From the IMG/VR virus record IMGVR_UViG_3300025853_000041, positions 1-64,000 of that record: 64,000 nt of DNA. The stretch is one strand, 5' to 3'. The translations under genes and the position numbers were made by a program. Every line of letters starts with the position of its first letter. Within the stretch, counting starts at the first letter, position 1. The notes below the pieces were generated by a model. It saw nothing but the letters and a program-made list of their open reading frames with translations. It was not told the DNA's origin and made no database searches. Below, piece by piece: positions 1 to 9,522 of the stretch. The DNA comes from a virus.

Positions 1-289
1 TGAATGGCATTCCATGCATATAGAATTCACCTTCAAGAATAATATTATTATCCAAGCAAACTTGATTCAGTTTAGCAAATCTTGCCTTAACAAGGTCACT
101 TCCTGGTTCTTTCAGGCTTCTGGTTAAGACTTTTGGTCCTAAACCAAATTCCATTCTACATCCATCTTTCTTTGGAAAGATTATATATTCTTCAATCCCA
201 CCATTCTTAGCAATTGTTGTTTCAAATGCTGTCTTATCAAATGACCCATCTTTAGGGGCATTTGGTATTAAATTCGGTTTAAATTTCAT
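1..289 (-). CDS. ATP-dependent DNA ligase, N-terminal part (runs off the left window edge; not in the ORF track)
   Basis: Manual translation from ATG at 289: MKFKPNLIP...FPKKDGCRME...IILEGEFYMHG, containing ligase motif I (KxDGxR) and motif III (LxGE). Confidence 0.85.
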   Translation of the reverse strand, partial: MKFKPNLIPNAPKDGSFDKTAFETTIAKNGGIEEYIIFPKKDGCRMEFGLGPKVLTRSLKEPGSDLVKARFAKLNQVCLDNNIILEGEFYMHGMPF

Positions 290-548
290 ATTCTTCTAAT
301 GTTTCTATTTCTATTTGTTCATATTCATGCCCATTTTCACTTCTTTCCATAACAAATCTATAAGCTGTCTTGCCATCTTTATCAGTAACAATTTTTTCAG
401 CTAATTTTTGGTCTTTTTCATAATAATAGTGCATTTTTAAATGCTCTTCTATAATATTTAAACAAGCTCCTTTCATAAGAGAATTTGTTGTAACATTCAT
501 TATTGAATCATTATGTTTTCCTTTTAAGATTAATACTTTTATCTTCAT
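279..548 (-). CDS. hypothetical protein
   Basis: 89-aa ORF tightly packed in the replication operon. Confidence 0.7.
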   Translation of the reverse strand: MKIKVLILKGKHNDSIMNVTTNSLMKGACLNIIEEHLKMHYYYEKDQKLAEKIVTDKDGKTAYRFVMERSENGHEYEQIEIETLEEYEI

Positions 549-1003
549 TATTGTATGGTATTAGTTTTACTGGTTCTTCCTAAACCTGCTTCTTTTTGTG
601 CTAAGTACTTGTCATACCAATCTGCAAATTCATATATTGCATCAGCTCCTTGTCCTTTCTTTAGAAAGAAATGTGGATATCTAATGTATTTTGAATTTGT
701 TTGTGATAAGTATAGCTTTGTGGTAGCTATAACATCTTCTTTACGAATTTCAGGAAATGCTGCAAACATTGCCTTCATTCTTGAGATAGATTCTCGTACT
801 TTACCACCTTTTGCTGGGTTTTTGGCTTTAAACATTGCACAATACTCGTTGCCAACCCAACTCCAAGGTCCTTCTTTAGTCTCTTGCTTAGTACCTACCA
901 AGCTGTCCATTAATTCTTCTACAAAATTTTTTGCTAATTCTGCATCTTCAGGAGTAGAAAAATTAATGGCACTCAACTTTTTTAATGCTTGATTTTTTGT
1001 CAT
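548..1003 (-). CDS. hypothetical protein
   Basis: 151-aa ORF with start/stop overlaps to both neighbours. Confidence 0.75.
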   Translation of the reverse strand: MTKNQALKKLSAINFSTPEDAELAKNFVEELMDSLVGTKQETKEGPWSWVGNEYCAMFKAKNPAKGGKVRESISRMKAMFAAFPEIRKEDVIATTKLYLSQTNSKYIRYPHFFLKKGQGADAIYEFADWYDKYLAQKEAGLGRTSKTNTIQ

Positions 1004-2115
1004 AATACTAAATCTTTAAATTCGATGTATTCTATTTTATCTGGGTTAAAATTGTTTAAAGTAGAGTTTAACCAAACCTCATCTTGAGTATTTCTTAAGC
1101 ATAAAATCCAAATAACAGCCTTATAGTCTCCTTGTTTTAAAAGAGTCCTGGCTATTTTCTGAGATGTAAGCCCATTATGGTCAGAATCAACTTGAGTTAT
1201 TAATAAATTATCAATATTTAAATATGTGTAACCTGTCCCACCTTTATTAACCATGGCTATTTTATTGGTCTCGCCATCCATAAATTTTTTAAGGTCTGCC
1301 TCATCAGTTTGTCCATGATACACATAATCACACAAGTCTTCAGCTTGCTCTCTACTAACTGCAAAAACTAACTTCTTACCTTCAAGGGAATTAAATATAT
1401 ACTTGGCTGCACCCAATTTTGATGGTGACCTGCCAATAATACTTCTCCTATGAATTAGTCCATATTTAGTTTTTGCTTTCTCTAACCTCAGGGTCAAGTA
1501 GTTATACTGGTCTTCCTCTGATGTCATAAAAGATTTAGGTTGCTTAGTTCTCTTATCTTTATATTCAACTTTGATATTCTTATTTGTATCAAGGTCTATC
1601 ATAACAACTTTAATCTCATAATTAGATAACATACCAATATCAACAGCTTTGTTAATGGATATCTTATACAGAATTTCAAGATTTAATAACTTGTACAACT
1701 CTCTTTTAGTTTTAGTTTTACTTTCAGTTCCTGTCATAGACAATAGAACATTACTAGTCAAATCTTTTGATATTAAATTCTTTGAATTAGCTGTTGTAAT
1801 AAACTGTTCTTCATCTAAAATAATCAAACTATAATGTCCAGTAATATTTTTTAAGCCTCTCCATGTTACAGTCTGAAGTTGAGGTAAATAAGCTTTTGCT
1901 TTCCATTTTTTGAATTCAGCAGGTATATCTGTATCAGCCAATTTACTTGTGGGTGTTACCCAAAGTATTTTTCCAGTTGGTTTGTCTCTTTTGATAATAT
2001 CAATAATTATCTTAGTTTTACCAATTCTAGGGGCTAATATTAATCTACCTGATTCTCCAAAAGGAATTGAGCTTATAATTTCTTTCTGTAATTCACTTTT
2101 CTCTTTACTTGTCAT
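1000..2115 (-). CDS. superfamily 2 helicase-like protein
   Basis: Walker A APRIGKT, motif Ia LWVTPT, motif II IILDEEQ, motif III SMTGT; motif VI is degenerate. Confidence 0.75.
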   Translation of the reverse strand: MTSKEKSELQKEIISSIPFGESGRLILAPRIGKTKIIIDIIKRDKPTGKILWVTPTSKLADTDIPAEFKKWKAKAYLPQLQTVTWRGLKNITGHYSLIILDEEQFITTANSKNLISKDLTSNVLLSMTGTESKTKTKRELYKLLNLEILYKISINKAVDIGMLSNYEIKVVMIDLDTNKNIKVEYKDKRTKQPKSFMTSEEDQYNYLTLRLEKAKTKYGLIHRRSIIGRSPSKLGAAKYIFNSLEGKKLVFAVSREQAEDLCDYVYHGQTDEADLKKFMDGETNKIAMVNKGGTGYTYLNIDNLLITQVDSDHNGLTSQKIARTLLKQGDYKAVIWILCLRNTQDEVWLNSTLNNFNPDKIEYIEFKDLVL

Positions 2116-2494
2116 TTTTGTAAAAATTCTTAAACTTAACCTCCCTTTGCATATACCAATCAGACCTTAAGTATCTAGGAAGATTTTGGATACCTTCTAA
2201 TCTTGCTATCTCCTCTTCCATTGCATCCTTTTTTTCTTTAAACTCTACTAATTTGTCACAGTCATAGCATAGTATAACTTCATACATTCTTCTAACAATA
2301 GTATCAACATTATCCTTCAGTTTGCTATTAATAGTAGTAAAATTATTTCTCATAGTCCTGGCAGTCTCGTCTATAAGACGACTCATTTCATTTTGAATCT
2401 CATATATCTCATATTCTATATTGGCATTGTTTGCTTTAAATATAGAGTTCCAAAATTTTCCTCTATTATCTACATACCCACATGTCTTTTTCAT
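2105..2494 (-). CDS. hypothetical protein
   Basis: 129-aa ORF overlapping its neighbours in the operon. Confidence 0.7.
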   Translation of the reverse strand: MKKTCGYVDNRGKFWNSIFKANNANIEYEIYEIQNEMSRLIDETARTMRNNFTTINSKLKDNVDTIVRRMYEVILCYDCDKLVEFKEKKDAMEEEIARLEGIQNLPRYLRSDWYMQREVKFKNFYKNDK

Positions 2495-2673
2495 AATTCT
2501 TCTAATTCTTCTAAAATGAGTAATTGACGTGCCTTGTTAAATCCAGACTTTGGCTTAAGCTTTTTTATATTCTTTATAAATCTTACTTTAAGTTCATCTG
2601 TTATTTTTTCTCTGTCCTTAATTAACAAATACTCCATATTTGTCAATTGTAAATTTGTTTCAAAATTTGTCAT
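2491..2673 (-). CDS. hypothetical protein
   Basis: 60-aa ORF filling the gap downstream of the polymerase gene. Confidence 0.6.
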   Translation of the reverse strand: MTNFETNLQLTNMEYLLIKDREKITDELKVRFIKNIKKLKPKSGFNKARQLLILEELEEL

Positions 2674-2682
2674 AATCTTTGT

Positions 2683-4626
2683 TTAATGTACATCTGCGTA
2701 ATTTGCTCCCCATTCTGTGCTGTATCCAATTGAAACATTGAGTCCAAGCTGGTTATTCACCTGGGTCATAGCATCTTTAACTGCTTTGTCCACATAACCT
2801 TTAAACTCTCTTTTACACCATAATAAAAACTCATCATGATATTGCATACAAACTTCAATTCCTAAGGGATTCACTATTTCTCTAAACTTTTTCAACCAGA
2901 AATCAAAAACATACACACCTGTTGATTGATTCAATGTGGAAAACCTGTCTTTTTCAGCTTTTAGAAACATCCAAAATCCTGAAACAGGGTTGTATAACCA
3001 CTTTTGATTCTCAACAATTTTAACTTTAGCGTCCTTTGCTGTGCTTTTAACAGCAGCATTTCTCTTCCAATAAGTTTTATGTAGTTTAGTTGCAAAAGGT
3101 AAATCACATTTTAAAGTTTCTGCAATTTTAGGTGGTCCAGCTCCATAAGTAGCTGAGAAATTTACTATTTTTGCTTTTCCTCTAATATCTTTAATTGTAT
3201 AATACCTCTCTGCATCTTCCTGGCTTGAAAATTTAAACTCGTTGCCTAATTTATCCTTTTGAGCTTCAATTTCTTTATAGAAAACTTCGTCTTCTTTAGT
3301 AATCATTTCAGCTAAAACAGCAATATCAATATGAGGGTCAAATCCTGGGACTCTCATTTCTGTCACATAATCTGGGTCATAATTATATATGTAGTGTTGC
3401 TTAGTGTTGTCCTCTAGCCCACTGATATCACTCCCACACATAATGTATGAAGCATCAGGAACTGTTAGACAACCTCTAACTTCTTCTCCATAATATTTAC
3501 CAACTCCAGGTAAATTTGCTATTGGTTTAGCATGTTGCATCCTAAGGGTATTTGTAAAACCTTGAGCTCTTGAATAAACATATCCATTTTCATCTACACT
3601 CTTTAAAAATGCTTTGAAAAGACTAAATCTATGCCTTGCTCTATATAGTCCTGCTAAATCCTCAAGATAATCATACTTTTTAATTAGGTCTTTTACACTT
3701 GAGCACAATCCTCCACCAAAAGGTAAGGACACTTGTGGCACTTTCTCATCTTTTGCATTAACTTTGAAAGTAATGGGCTCCCAACCTAATGAGAATAACC
3801 AATCTTTCAGTTGTACAGGAGATGTAGGACTGCCTTTTGTAGTAATTACTGTTGTATCTTCAGGTAATTTCTTAAGTTTCAACAACTCTTTCCATTTGTG
3901 CCCATGAGCTGAGAGTTCACCATCTTTTTTGTACATTACTTTTGGTTGCTCTTTATCAACAATCCTGGGCATATACTGGGAAAGATTGGTAATCTTCTCA
4001 TCTATAATGAATTCAAGGTCTAATTTTGATTTTTCAGCCAACCTTAAATCTAATTTAATCTTTACTTTTTCTTGCTCTCTAAGACAATCCATTTTAAAAC
4101 CTAAATACCCAAATAATCTGAGTACATCTGAAATGTTATTATCATAAATCTGCATTGTGTAGTCCATTTGAAAGTGAAATAACTTCCTATTTATCTCTAC
4201 ATCCACCTCACATCTCTTGGTCATTTTTCTAATGAAATCTTCCCAAGTTTCTCCTGATAAAGGTCCAGCCCACTCATCATCAGCTACTACAACTTTTGGA
4301 TATTTGAATCTTTCTCCCCAAGCCTCTAAGCCATGTAGGAATCCTTTGACAGGATAATGATAGAATGAAATACTTAAAGTGTCAATTAATGTAGCTGTGA
4401 TTTTAATTCCTAATACTTTTTCAAGTGCAGGAATATCATAATCAATAATATTATGTCCTACTAAAACTTTTTGCTTCAGCACTAATTCTTTAATTTCTTC
4501 AGGATTAGTTAAAGTCCCTGACTGTATCAGTTCTCGACTATTATAAATCTCATAAGAAAATGTCCAAATTTTTGTAATACTATCTAGTAAGCCATTACCT
4601 TCTATATCAAAAAGGCAATAATTCAT
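2683..4626 (-). CDS. polA: family A (T7-like) DNA polymerase with 3'-5' exonuclease
   Basis: ExoI FDIEG, ExoII GHNIIDYD, motif A GSDISGLE, motif B RGKAKIVNFSATYG, motif C QYHDE. Confidence 0.95.
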   Translation of the reverse strand: MNYCLFDIEGNGLLDSITKIWTFSYEIYNSRELIQSGTLTNPEEIKELVLKQKVLVGHNIIDYDIPALEKVLGIKITATLIDTLSISFYHYPVKGFLHGLEAWGERFKYPKVVVADDEWAGPLSGETWEDFIRKMTKRCEVDVEINRKLFHFQMDYTMQIYDNNISDVLRLFGYLGFKMDCLREQEKVKIKLDLRLAEKSKLDLEFIIDEKITNLSQYMPRIVDKEQPKVMYKKDGELSAHGHKWKELLKLKKLPEDTTVITTKGSPTSPVQLKDWLFSLGWEPITFKVNAKDEKVPQVSLPFGGGLCSSVKDLIKKYDYLEDLAGLYRARHRFSLFKAFLKSVDENGYVYSRAQGFTNTLRMQHAKPIANLPGVGKYYGEEVRGCLTVPDASYIMCGSDISGLEDNTKQHYIYNYDPDYVTEMRVPGFDPHIDIAVLAEMITKEDEVFYKEIEAQKDKLGNEFKFSSQEDAERYYTIKDIRGKAKIVNFSATYGAGPPKIAETLKCDLPFATKLHKTYWKRNAAVKSTAKDAKVKIVENQKWLYNPVSGFWMFLKAEKDRFSTLNQSTGVYVFDFWLKKFREIVNPLGIEVCMQYHDEFLLWCKREFKGYVDKAVKDAMTQVNNQLGLNVSIGYSTEWGANYADVH

Positions 4627-4628
4627 TT

Positions 4629-4925
4629 TTAAATTATTTTAATAGAATAGATATAAATGTTATTATATCTTTTGTTGTTCTTCTCTGAACCTTGAAATAA
4701 ATACTTGATTTCTACTGTTGAACCCTGAGTAATATTCTCTGTATCTAACATTTTCAGTTTTCCATTTCTTAGTTCAGGAAATAACACTTGACCATCAGGT
4801 GTTTCTATTGTTAAAACTTTTTTGTACAAATCTGGAATTCCATCCCTTTCTATGTGGACTAAATCTCCAATCATGTGTACTGTCCCTTTCAAATTAAAAT
4901 AGTTTTTATCTATATGCTTATTCAT
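4629..4925 (-). CDS. small OB-fold protein, DUF3127/SSB-like
   Basis: Beta-rich pattern (LKGTVHMI...KKVLTIET...GSTVEIKYLFQG...RYNNI) resembles Bacteroidetes DUF3127; lies between polymerase and helicase. Confidence 0.55.
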   Translation of the reverse strand: MNKHIDKNYFNLKGTVHMIGDLVHIERDGIPDLYKKVLTIETPDGQVLFPELRNGKLKMLDTENITQGSTVEIKYLFQGSEKNNKRYNNIYIYSIKII

Positions 4926-6226
4926 ACTTTATATAAAATTAATAACTTACTGGCTCTTGTTATTGCTGTGTACAATAGCCTTTCTCGTTCTGTTTTGTTT
5001 TTGTTTAACTTAAGATTTTGGATGTTAACTATGGTTTGTCCATATGTACTACCCTGGCTTTTATGTACAGTAATTGCATGATTATATTTCAAATCAGCAA
5101 AACTCTCTTTAAAACTATAATAGTCAGTCCATGGGATAATCTTAGCTTTACACATACTCCTTAGATTCGCCAACAACTTATTAAAAGCTGCATCAGAGTC
5201 TTCGTGAATAAGTACAACATTATCAATTTGTTGCCCAAGCTCTTCATCGAATTTGGAATTGATAGAGTAATACTTAAAAGTAATAGGCTTAAATGTAGTT
5301 GTTGAGGTAAATGCTCCTGGGACTTTGCCAGCAGGATAATAAAACTTTTTCTCTAACACTTGTAAGCTTTCCACCTTAATCTCTTGGTTTGTAAAATACT
5401 CTTCTTTATATGGATTATTAAAAACTAAGGTTTCTCCAACCTCAACTTTATTGGGAGAGGGACCATATATCCTCTTTCTGACAAGATTATTAATCATGTC
5501 AACTTCTTTATTCGTCCACGCTAAATATTTTAGCTCATCTGTACCATTTACAGCAGCTAATGTTTCTATAACTTGGGGTAAATTGTCACTATATAAGTAG
5601 CCATTATCATCAATTCTATTATCAATTTTATTGAAAATAGCATCTAAATTACGACTTAAAGGTATAATTGGGTTACCTTCTCCTTGTCTGACAATTTCTG
5701 TAATCTCGACTTCTGGATATCCCTGAACAAAGATTGGTGATACGTCTTCTCCTACTGGATTCAATTGTTTGTGGTCTCCTATAAATATTACTATACAGTT
5801 GTTATTATCTGCATGTTCTTCCACATAACGTAGTAATTCAGTATTTAGCATCGAACCTTCATCAATAATTAATAGCCCAACTCCTTTGAGAGGTGGATAC
5901 TTTTCACTATAAAAAGGTTTGAAGGTGATTGCTCCTGTTCTAAAGTTTACTTCTCTTTTAATTTTTAGTGCTGAATGGACAGTGGTAAATTCGAGATTGG
6001 GTCTCTCATCTACTTTTCCTTTTAATACAGCTACTGCTTTATTTGTTGGTGCAGAACAATATATCTTTCTCATAAATGGTAGAGTTTTGGCTAATCTACC
6101 TATTAGTTCATTAACTAAGTAAGTTTTACCTACTCCTGCACTTCCTGTAATCAACAGTCTTTTACTATTTTTTAAGATTTCTAAACTTTCTACCAGTTTT
6201 TCTTCCTGGTGTGCTGTTAAACTCAT
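4922..6226 (-). CDS. SF1B Dda/RecD-like DNA helicase
   Basis: GSAGVGKT, SAPTNKA, IIDEGSM, IGDHKQL, AITVHKSQGST, LYTAITRA. Confidence 0.92.
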   Translation of the reverse strand: MSLTAHQEEKLVESLEILKNSKRLLITGSAGVGKTYLVNELIGRLAKTLPFMRKIYCSAPTNKAVAVLKGKVDERPNLEFTTVHSALKIKREVNFRTGAITFKPFYSEKYPPLKGVGLLIIDEGSMLNTELLRYVEEHADNNNCIVIFIGDHKQLNPVGEDVSPIFVQGYPEVEITEIVRQGEGNPIIPLSRNLDAIFNKIDNRIDDNGYLYSDNLPQVIETLAAVNGTDELKYLAWTNKEVDMINNLVRKRIYGPSPNKVEVGETLVFNNPYKEEYFTNQEIKVESLQVLEKKFYYPAGKVPGAFTSTTTFKPITFKYYSINSKFDEELGQQIDNVVLIHEDSDAAFNKLLANLRSMCKAKIIPWTDYYSFKESFADLKYNHAITVHKSQGSTYGQTIVNIQNLKLNKNKTERERLLYTAITRASKLLILYKV

Positions 6227-6282
6227 TTTTTTACTTCATTTTTCATTAGGTTTTTTAATATTAAAAATTCTATAATACAGAT

Positions 6283-6320
6283 AAAGAAAAATAGAGTAGG
6301 AAATTACCCTATTTTTCTTT
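6283..6320 (-). terminator. intrinsic terminator-like hairpin (possibly bidirectional)
   Basis: AAAGAAAAATAG...CTATTTTTCTTT inverted repeat directly after the stop of ORF 6324..6512. Confidence 0.6.
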
Positions 6321-6323
6321 TAA

Positions 6324-6512
6324 TTATTGTTTTTGCATTGCAAGTATTTGTTGCGTAGCATAACCTGGACCTTTCTGTATAAACTGTCCATTTGCAGGAT
6401 TACACATAATCCATCTACCTCTGTTTGATACCCTATAAAAGTCTAACCTTTTAAATAGGTCGTTCCAAACTGGTTTAACTCTTCCTCTTTTAAGCATTCT
6501 TTTAAGACTCAT
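6324..6512 (-). CDS. small basic hypothetical protein
   Basis: 62-aa ORF, co-oriented with neighbours, AT-rich leader. Confidence 0.65.
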   Translation of the reverse strand: MSLKRMLKRGRVKPVWNDLFKRLDFYRVSNRGRWIMCNPANGQFIQKGPGYATQQILAMQKQ

Positions 6513-6542
6513 AATTATTGTTTTGACCTGTTACTATTTTCA

Positions 6543-6788
6543 TTATTCACTTGGGTATATAGTATCATCAAAACTATTTGATAATACGGTTATTAATTTC
6601 TGTACTTGTTCTTGTGTCAATTGAATATAAGGTTGAGTGCTTAGCATTGTAAGCTGAAGCATTCTTCCATTTTCTGCTCCACCATAGAACCTAGTAATCA
6701 TCATACCTGTTGGCTCCTTAACGTGCTTTGCAAGAGTAGATTTTTTACTTTCTACTATACCTGCTATTGTTGTAATGTGTGTGCTCAT
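6543..6788 (-). CDS. hypothetical protein
   Basis: 81-aa co-oriented ORF. Confidence 0.7.
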   Translation of the reverse strand: MSTHITTIAGIVESKKSTLAKHVKEPTGMMITRFYGGAENGRMLQLTMLSTQPYIQLTQEQVQKLITVLSNSFDDTIYPSE

Positions 6789-6801
6789 TTTTTCCTATAT
6801 T

Positions 6802-7467
6802 TTATAAGTTTTCTTTTATCCAATCTATAAAAAGTCCACTATGCACTAATTTAGCTTGTCCCCAACATTGTTTACATAGTTCTTCAACTTCTTCTCTACT
6901 ATACATCTTCTCTTCTACAGAAGTAATGTTCACAGTATTGTCTTGGTTTAGTTTTGGCAACATTATCCAATTTGGTTTATGTTTTAATCCAAAACGAATA
7001 TAATCTTCTTCCCAAGTTTTTGATAAAGGGTTAATATCTTTCTTTTCATACTCAACTTCCCACTCTCCATCAGGATTAGCAACATATTCTTCTAAGAATG
7101 ATAGTGGTACTTGTGGTATCTGGTGTTCAAGATATTCTTTAACTCCATTAGACTCATCAATTACTCCTGTGTATTCTTTAATAGTAAGCTTAGGGTTAGT
7201 AGTTGCTATGATTTTAACATAATCTTGTCTTACTTCCCAATAAGCTTTATCATTAGTAAGAGATTGTCTTACAGTATTAGTATCATCAATATACCAATCA
7301 CCTTCTTTAATAGGCTCTATATCTTGTGATACTGTTATGTATGTATGTTGCCAATTACCTAAAAATCCTTCATGGTTATCTCCAATATATCTTAATTTCT
7401 TTCCAACTAAACATATATTAGTTCTATCTTCTGTTGGTAGCATTATTACCTGTACTGGTTGTTTCAT
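6802..7467 (-). CDS. hypothetical protein
   Basis: 221-aa co-oriented ORF. Confidence 0.8.
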   Translation of the reverse strand: MKQPVQVIMLPTEDRTNICLVGKKLRYIGDNHEGFLGNWQHTYITVSQDIEPIKEGDWYIDDTNTVRQSLTNDKAYWEVRQDYVKIIATTNPKLTIKEYTGVIDESNGVKEYLEHQIPQVPLSFLEEYVANPDGEWEVEYEKKDINPLSKTWEEDYIRFGLKHKPNWIMLPKLNQDNTVNITSVEEKMYSREEVEELCKQCWGQAKLVHSGLFIDWIKENL

Positions 7468-7496
7468 AATTTACTTTGTGTTATTTATTAATAAAA

Positions 7497-7650
7497 ATAT
7501 AAGCCTTGTTTATCTCACCTATTATATTAAAGTTGTCTTTGTATGTGACCAATAATACGTTTCCCCTGTTACCTTATCATACCTTTAGTAACCATTTGTG
7601 AATGCAGGAATTGCTTAGCCTAACTTCCTCTTAATGTTAGGTACTTATAT
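7497..7650 (-). ncRNA. candidate structured ncRNA with paired ends
   Basis: Minus-strand ends AUAUAAGU/GCUUAUAU pair; internal CCUAAC/GUUAGG and GUUAC/GUAAC hairpins; no minus-strand ORF of 60 aa or more. Confidence 0.4.
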
Positions 7651-7659
7651 TTATTAAAA

Positions 7660-7856
7660 AGTTCTTTGCCCAAATTTCAGTTATGGGGTATAGTTAGGAA
7701 TTTTACCTAATCTAGTATGGCTAACCGTATGACTTTTCCATGTCTTACTATACATCTACAATAAACACAACTGCTGATACAGTTTATAGCCTACACGCCA
7801 AGTAGTTTTACATAGCTTCGACACTACTGCTATTGTCTATCTTCAATTAAAGAACT
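7660..7856 (-). ncRNA. candidate structured ncRNA (multibranched)
   Basis: AGUUCUUU/AAAGAACU closing stem; internal AGUAGU/ACUACU, GGCUA/UAGCC and UAUAGU/ACUAUA helices. Confidence 0.4.
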
Positions 7857-7863
7857 ATTCTAA

Positions 7864-7935
7864 CCCTATATCTCATCAGCTATCATAAGATTTCGCTATG
7901 ATATTCAGATAATATCTATCTTGCTGATGAGAGGG
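7864..7935 (-). ncRNA. three-way-junction hairpin immediately 3' of the tmRNA
   Basis: Perfect 10-bp stem TCTCATCAGC (7871-7880)/GCTGATGAGA (7923-7932) enclosing two small hairpins. Confidence 0.4.
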
Positions 7936-7949
7936 CTATTAGATACTAG

Positions 7950-8326
7950 TGGAGACGCTGGGACTCGAACCCAGGTCTTTCATATATCAATAATAATATT
8001 TTATACAGCTTCACGTTTCTTTAAATTCTTTACGCTAGATTAGGACCAACTGTTAAGTTGATACTCCACCATCAAGTTAGTTACTCTTGAATACTTATAT
8101 TACATAGTTATGGACTATGCAGCCATCTGAAGTTCACCAGTAACAACATCATTAAGATGCTTACTAGCAAGAATGTTGTGAACAACACTCATGTTTGCTT
8201 CAATCTGTGCAGTTTCCTGCGTGGTAATTGTGTTTCCATTTAAGTAAACTCACCTTAGTTTTAAACAGTTATCTCTCTGTGCTGAACATTATTAAATCGC
8301 TATAAAATCAATTCCATGTCGTCCCC
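7950..8326 (-). ncRNA. ssrA: tmRNA (transfer-messenger RNA)
   Basis: 5' GGGGACG pairs with 3' CGUCUCC-A and includes the G3.U alanine identity pair; T-arm CUGGGUUCGAGUCCCAG; 377 nt long; internal tag frame 8237..8115 ends in LQMAA*. CCA is not encoded (ACUA). Confidence 0.92.
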
Positions 8327-8337
8327 AAATTCTATTT

Positions 8338-8826
8338 TTAATATCCAAAAGTTTGACAGTACCACGTTTTACCATTTTCATCTAAAACTTTTGCAATACC
8401 TGTATATTTCCAACGAGGATTTACAATGTTTTTATGATGCTTAAGACTAGCAATCCATTCTTGAACTAATCTCTCGGAAGTAACCCATCCTTTTGCTAAA
8501 TTTTCTCCTGTAAATTTAATTCCAAAAGGAATAAGATTCTCAGTTGTTATATCCATTCTATCATGACTTAGTTTTCCATGTTCAGCTTGAATCTCTGCTC
8601 TTTTATGTGCTTCAACATAAAATTTATCATCTGGTTTTAAATCATCTAAATCTCGTGATTCCCGATACCTATTTACATGAAGCAAAACAGCTCTTTCAAA
8701 ATTAGACCATTTCATACCATCAATAGATTGGTACTTTTTCTTTTTAAATAATTTCATTAAATATTTTCGATTACTACATATTACTACCACAGCAATAAAT
8801 ATTAGACCTGATATTAGTGTACTCAT
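8338..8826 (-). CDS. CAP/SCP-domain protein with N-terminal membrane anchor
   Basis: LLHVNRYRESR, LSH, GENLA, W..SLKHHKNI, TGIA...WYCQTF are CAP superfamily motifs. Confidence 0.85.
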   Translation of the reverse strand: MSTLISGLIFIAVVVICSNRKYLMKLFKKKKYQSIDGMKWSNFERAVLLHVNRYRESRDLDDLKPDDKFYVEAHKRAEIQAEHGKLSHDRMDITTENLIPFGIKFTGENLAKGWVTSERLVQEWIASLKHHKNIVNPRWKYTGIAKVLDENGKTWYCQTFGY

Positions 8827-8856
8827 ATCTTTATCTATTTTAGTTGTTATTCGGAG

Positions 8857-9117
8857 TTAGGCTTCATTAGTGTATTGGTTGTAAGCCGTTCTAAGTTCTG
8901 ATAATGTTAAGCTATCTCCATGATTTTTCAATGTTGTATAATTTTCTGAAACCCAATCCACAAACGAAAGGCTAACATTGGCTATTGGTAAATTTAAAAC
9001 TTGCCTATATTTTTCTAATAATTCAATTAATTCATTAAATGTAAAATATTGTTTATAGTCTTCATTTGGTAGGCTGTTTAAGTTATACTCTTTTTTTAAA
9101 AATTCTGTAACTGTCAT
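8857..9117 (-). CDS. hypothetical protein
   Basis: 86-aa co-oriented ORF. Confidence 0.65.
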   Translation of the reverse strand: MTVTEFLKKEYNLNSLPNEDYKQYFTFNELIELLEKYRQVLNLPIANVSLSFVDWVSENYTTLKNHGDSLTLSELRTAYNQYTNEA

Positions 9118-9136
9118 ATCTATCTTATTTTAATTA

Positions 9137-9319
9137 TTATACGGAGTTGTGTGTAATAATCATTTGTTTAGGTTCGTCTAATAATGTTTGGTCTAATAAA
9201 AGATTTGCTTTAGGTTCAAAAAGCAACCCATTTTCTGCCATTATTTTTACTGGCAACTTTCGTAATTCAGGTTTAAGTGCCTGCAAATCTTTTATGAAGT
9301 CATCTATTGTCATTTCCAT
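9137..9319 (-). CDS. hypothetical protein
   Basis: 60-aa co-oriented ORF. Confidence 0.65.
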   Translation of the reverse strand: MEMTIDDFIKDLQALKPELRKLPVKIMAENGLLFEPKANLLLDQTLLDEPKQMIITHNSV

Positions 9320-9330
9320 ATCTTTAGGTT

Positions 9331-9522
9331 TTAGTTGTTATTCGCTGCATTACATAATAAATTAAGTCTCCATACAGCAAGTTGATATTCTGCTTTTTTC
9401 AATAGCATATCATACTTACGCCATTTATTTGAATTAACTTTATACGAATCACGTCTTGCAGTATAAATTTTAATTCTGTTTTTCCAATATAGTATTGGTG
9501 AGCATTCAAATAAATTTTTCAT
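9331..9522 (-). CDS. hypothetical protein
   Basis: 63-aa co-oriented ORF. Confidence 0.55.
   Translation of the reverse strand: MKNLFECSPILYWKNRIKIYTARRDSYKVNSNKWRKYDMLLKKAEYQLAVWRLNLLCNAANNN

Noticed and set aside
7497-7640. RNase P RNA-like words (GAGGAAGU ... ACAAGGCUUAU) on the minus strand
   Set aside because: The two segments cannot form the P4 helix and the element is too short; kept only as an unknown ncRNA candidate.
7864-7935. Hammerhead ribozyme (CUGAUGA on both strands, nearby GAAA)
   Set aside because: CUGAUGA is itself sequestered in the closing stem, and stems I-III cannot be built in the required order.
7900-7950. Theta (HDV-like) ribozyme at the tmRNA 3' end
   Set aside because: The trailer begins CUAGUAUC and no nested double pseudoknot could be formed.
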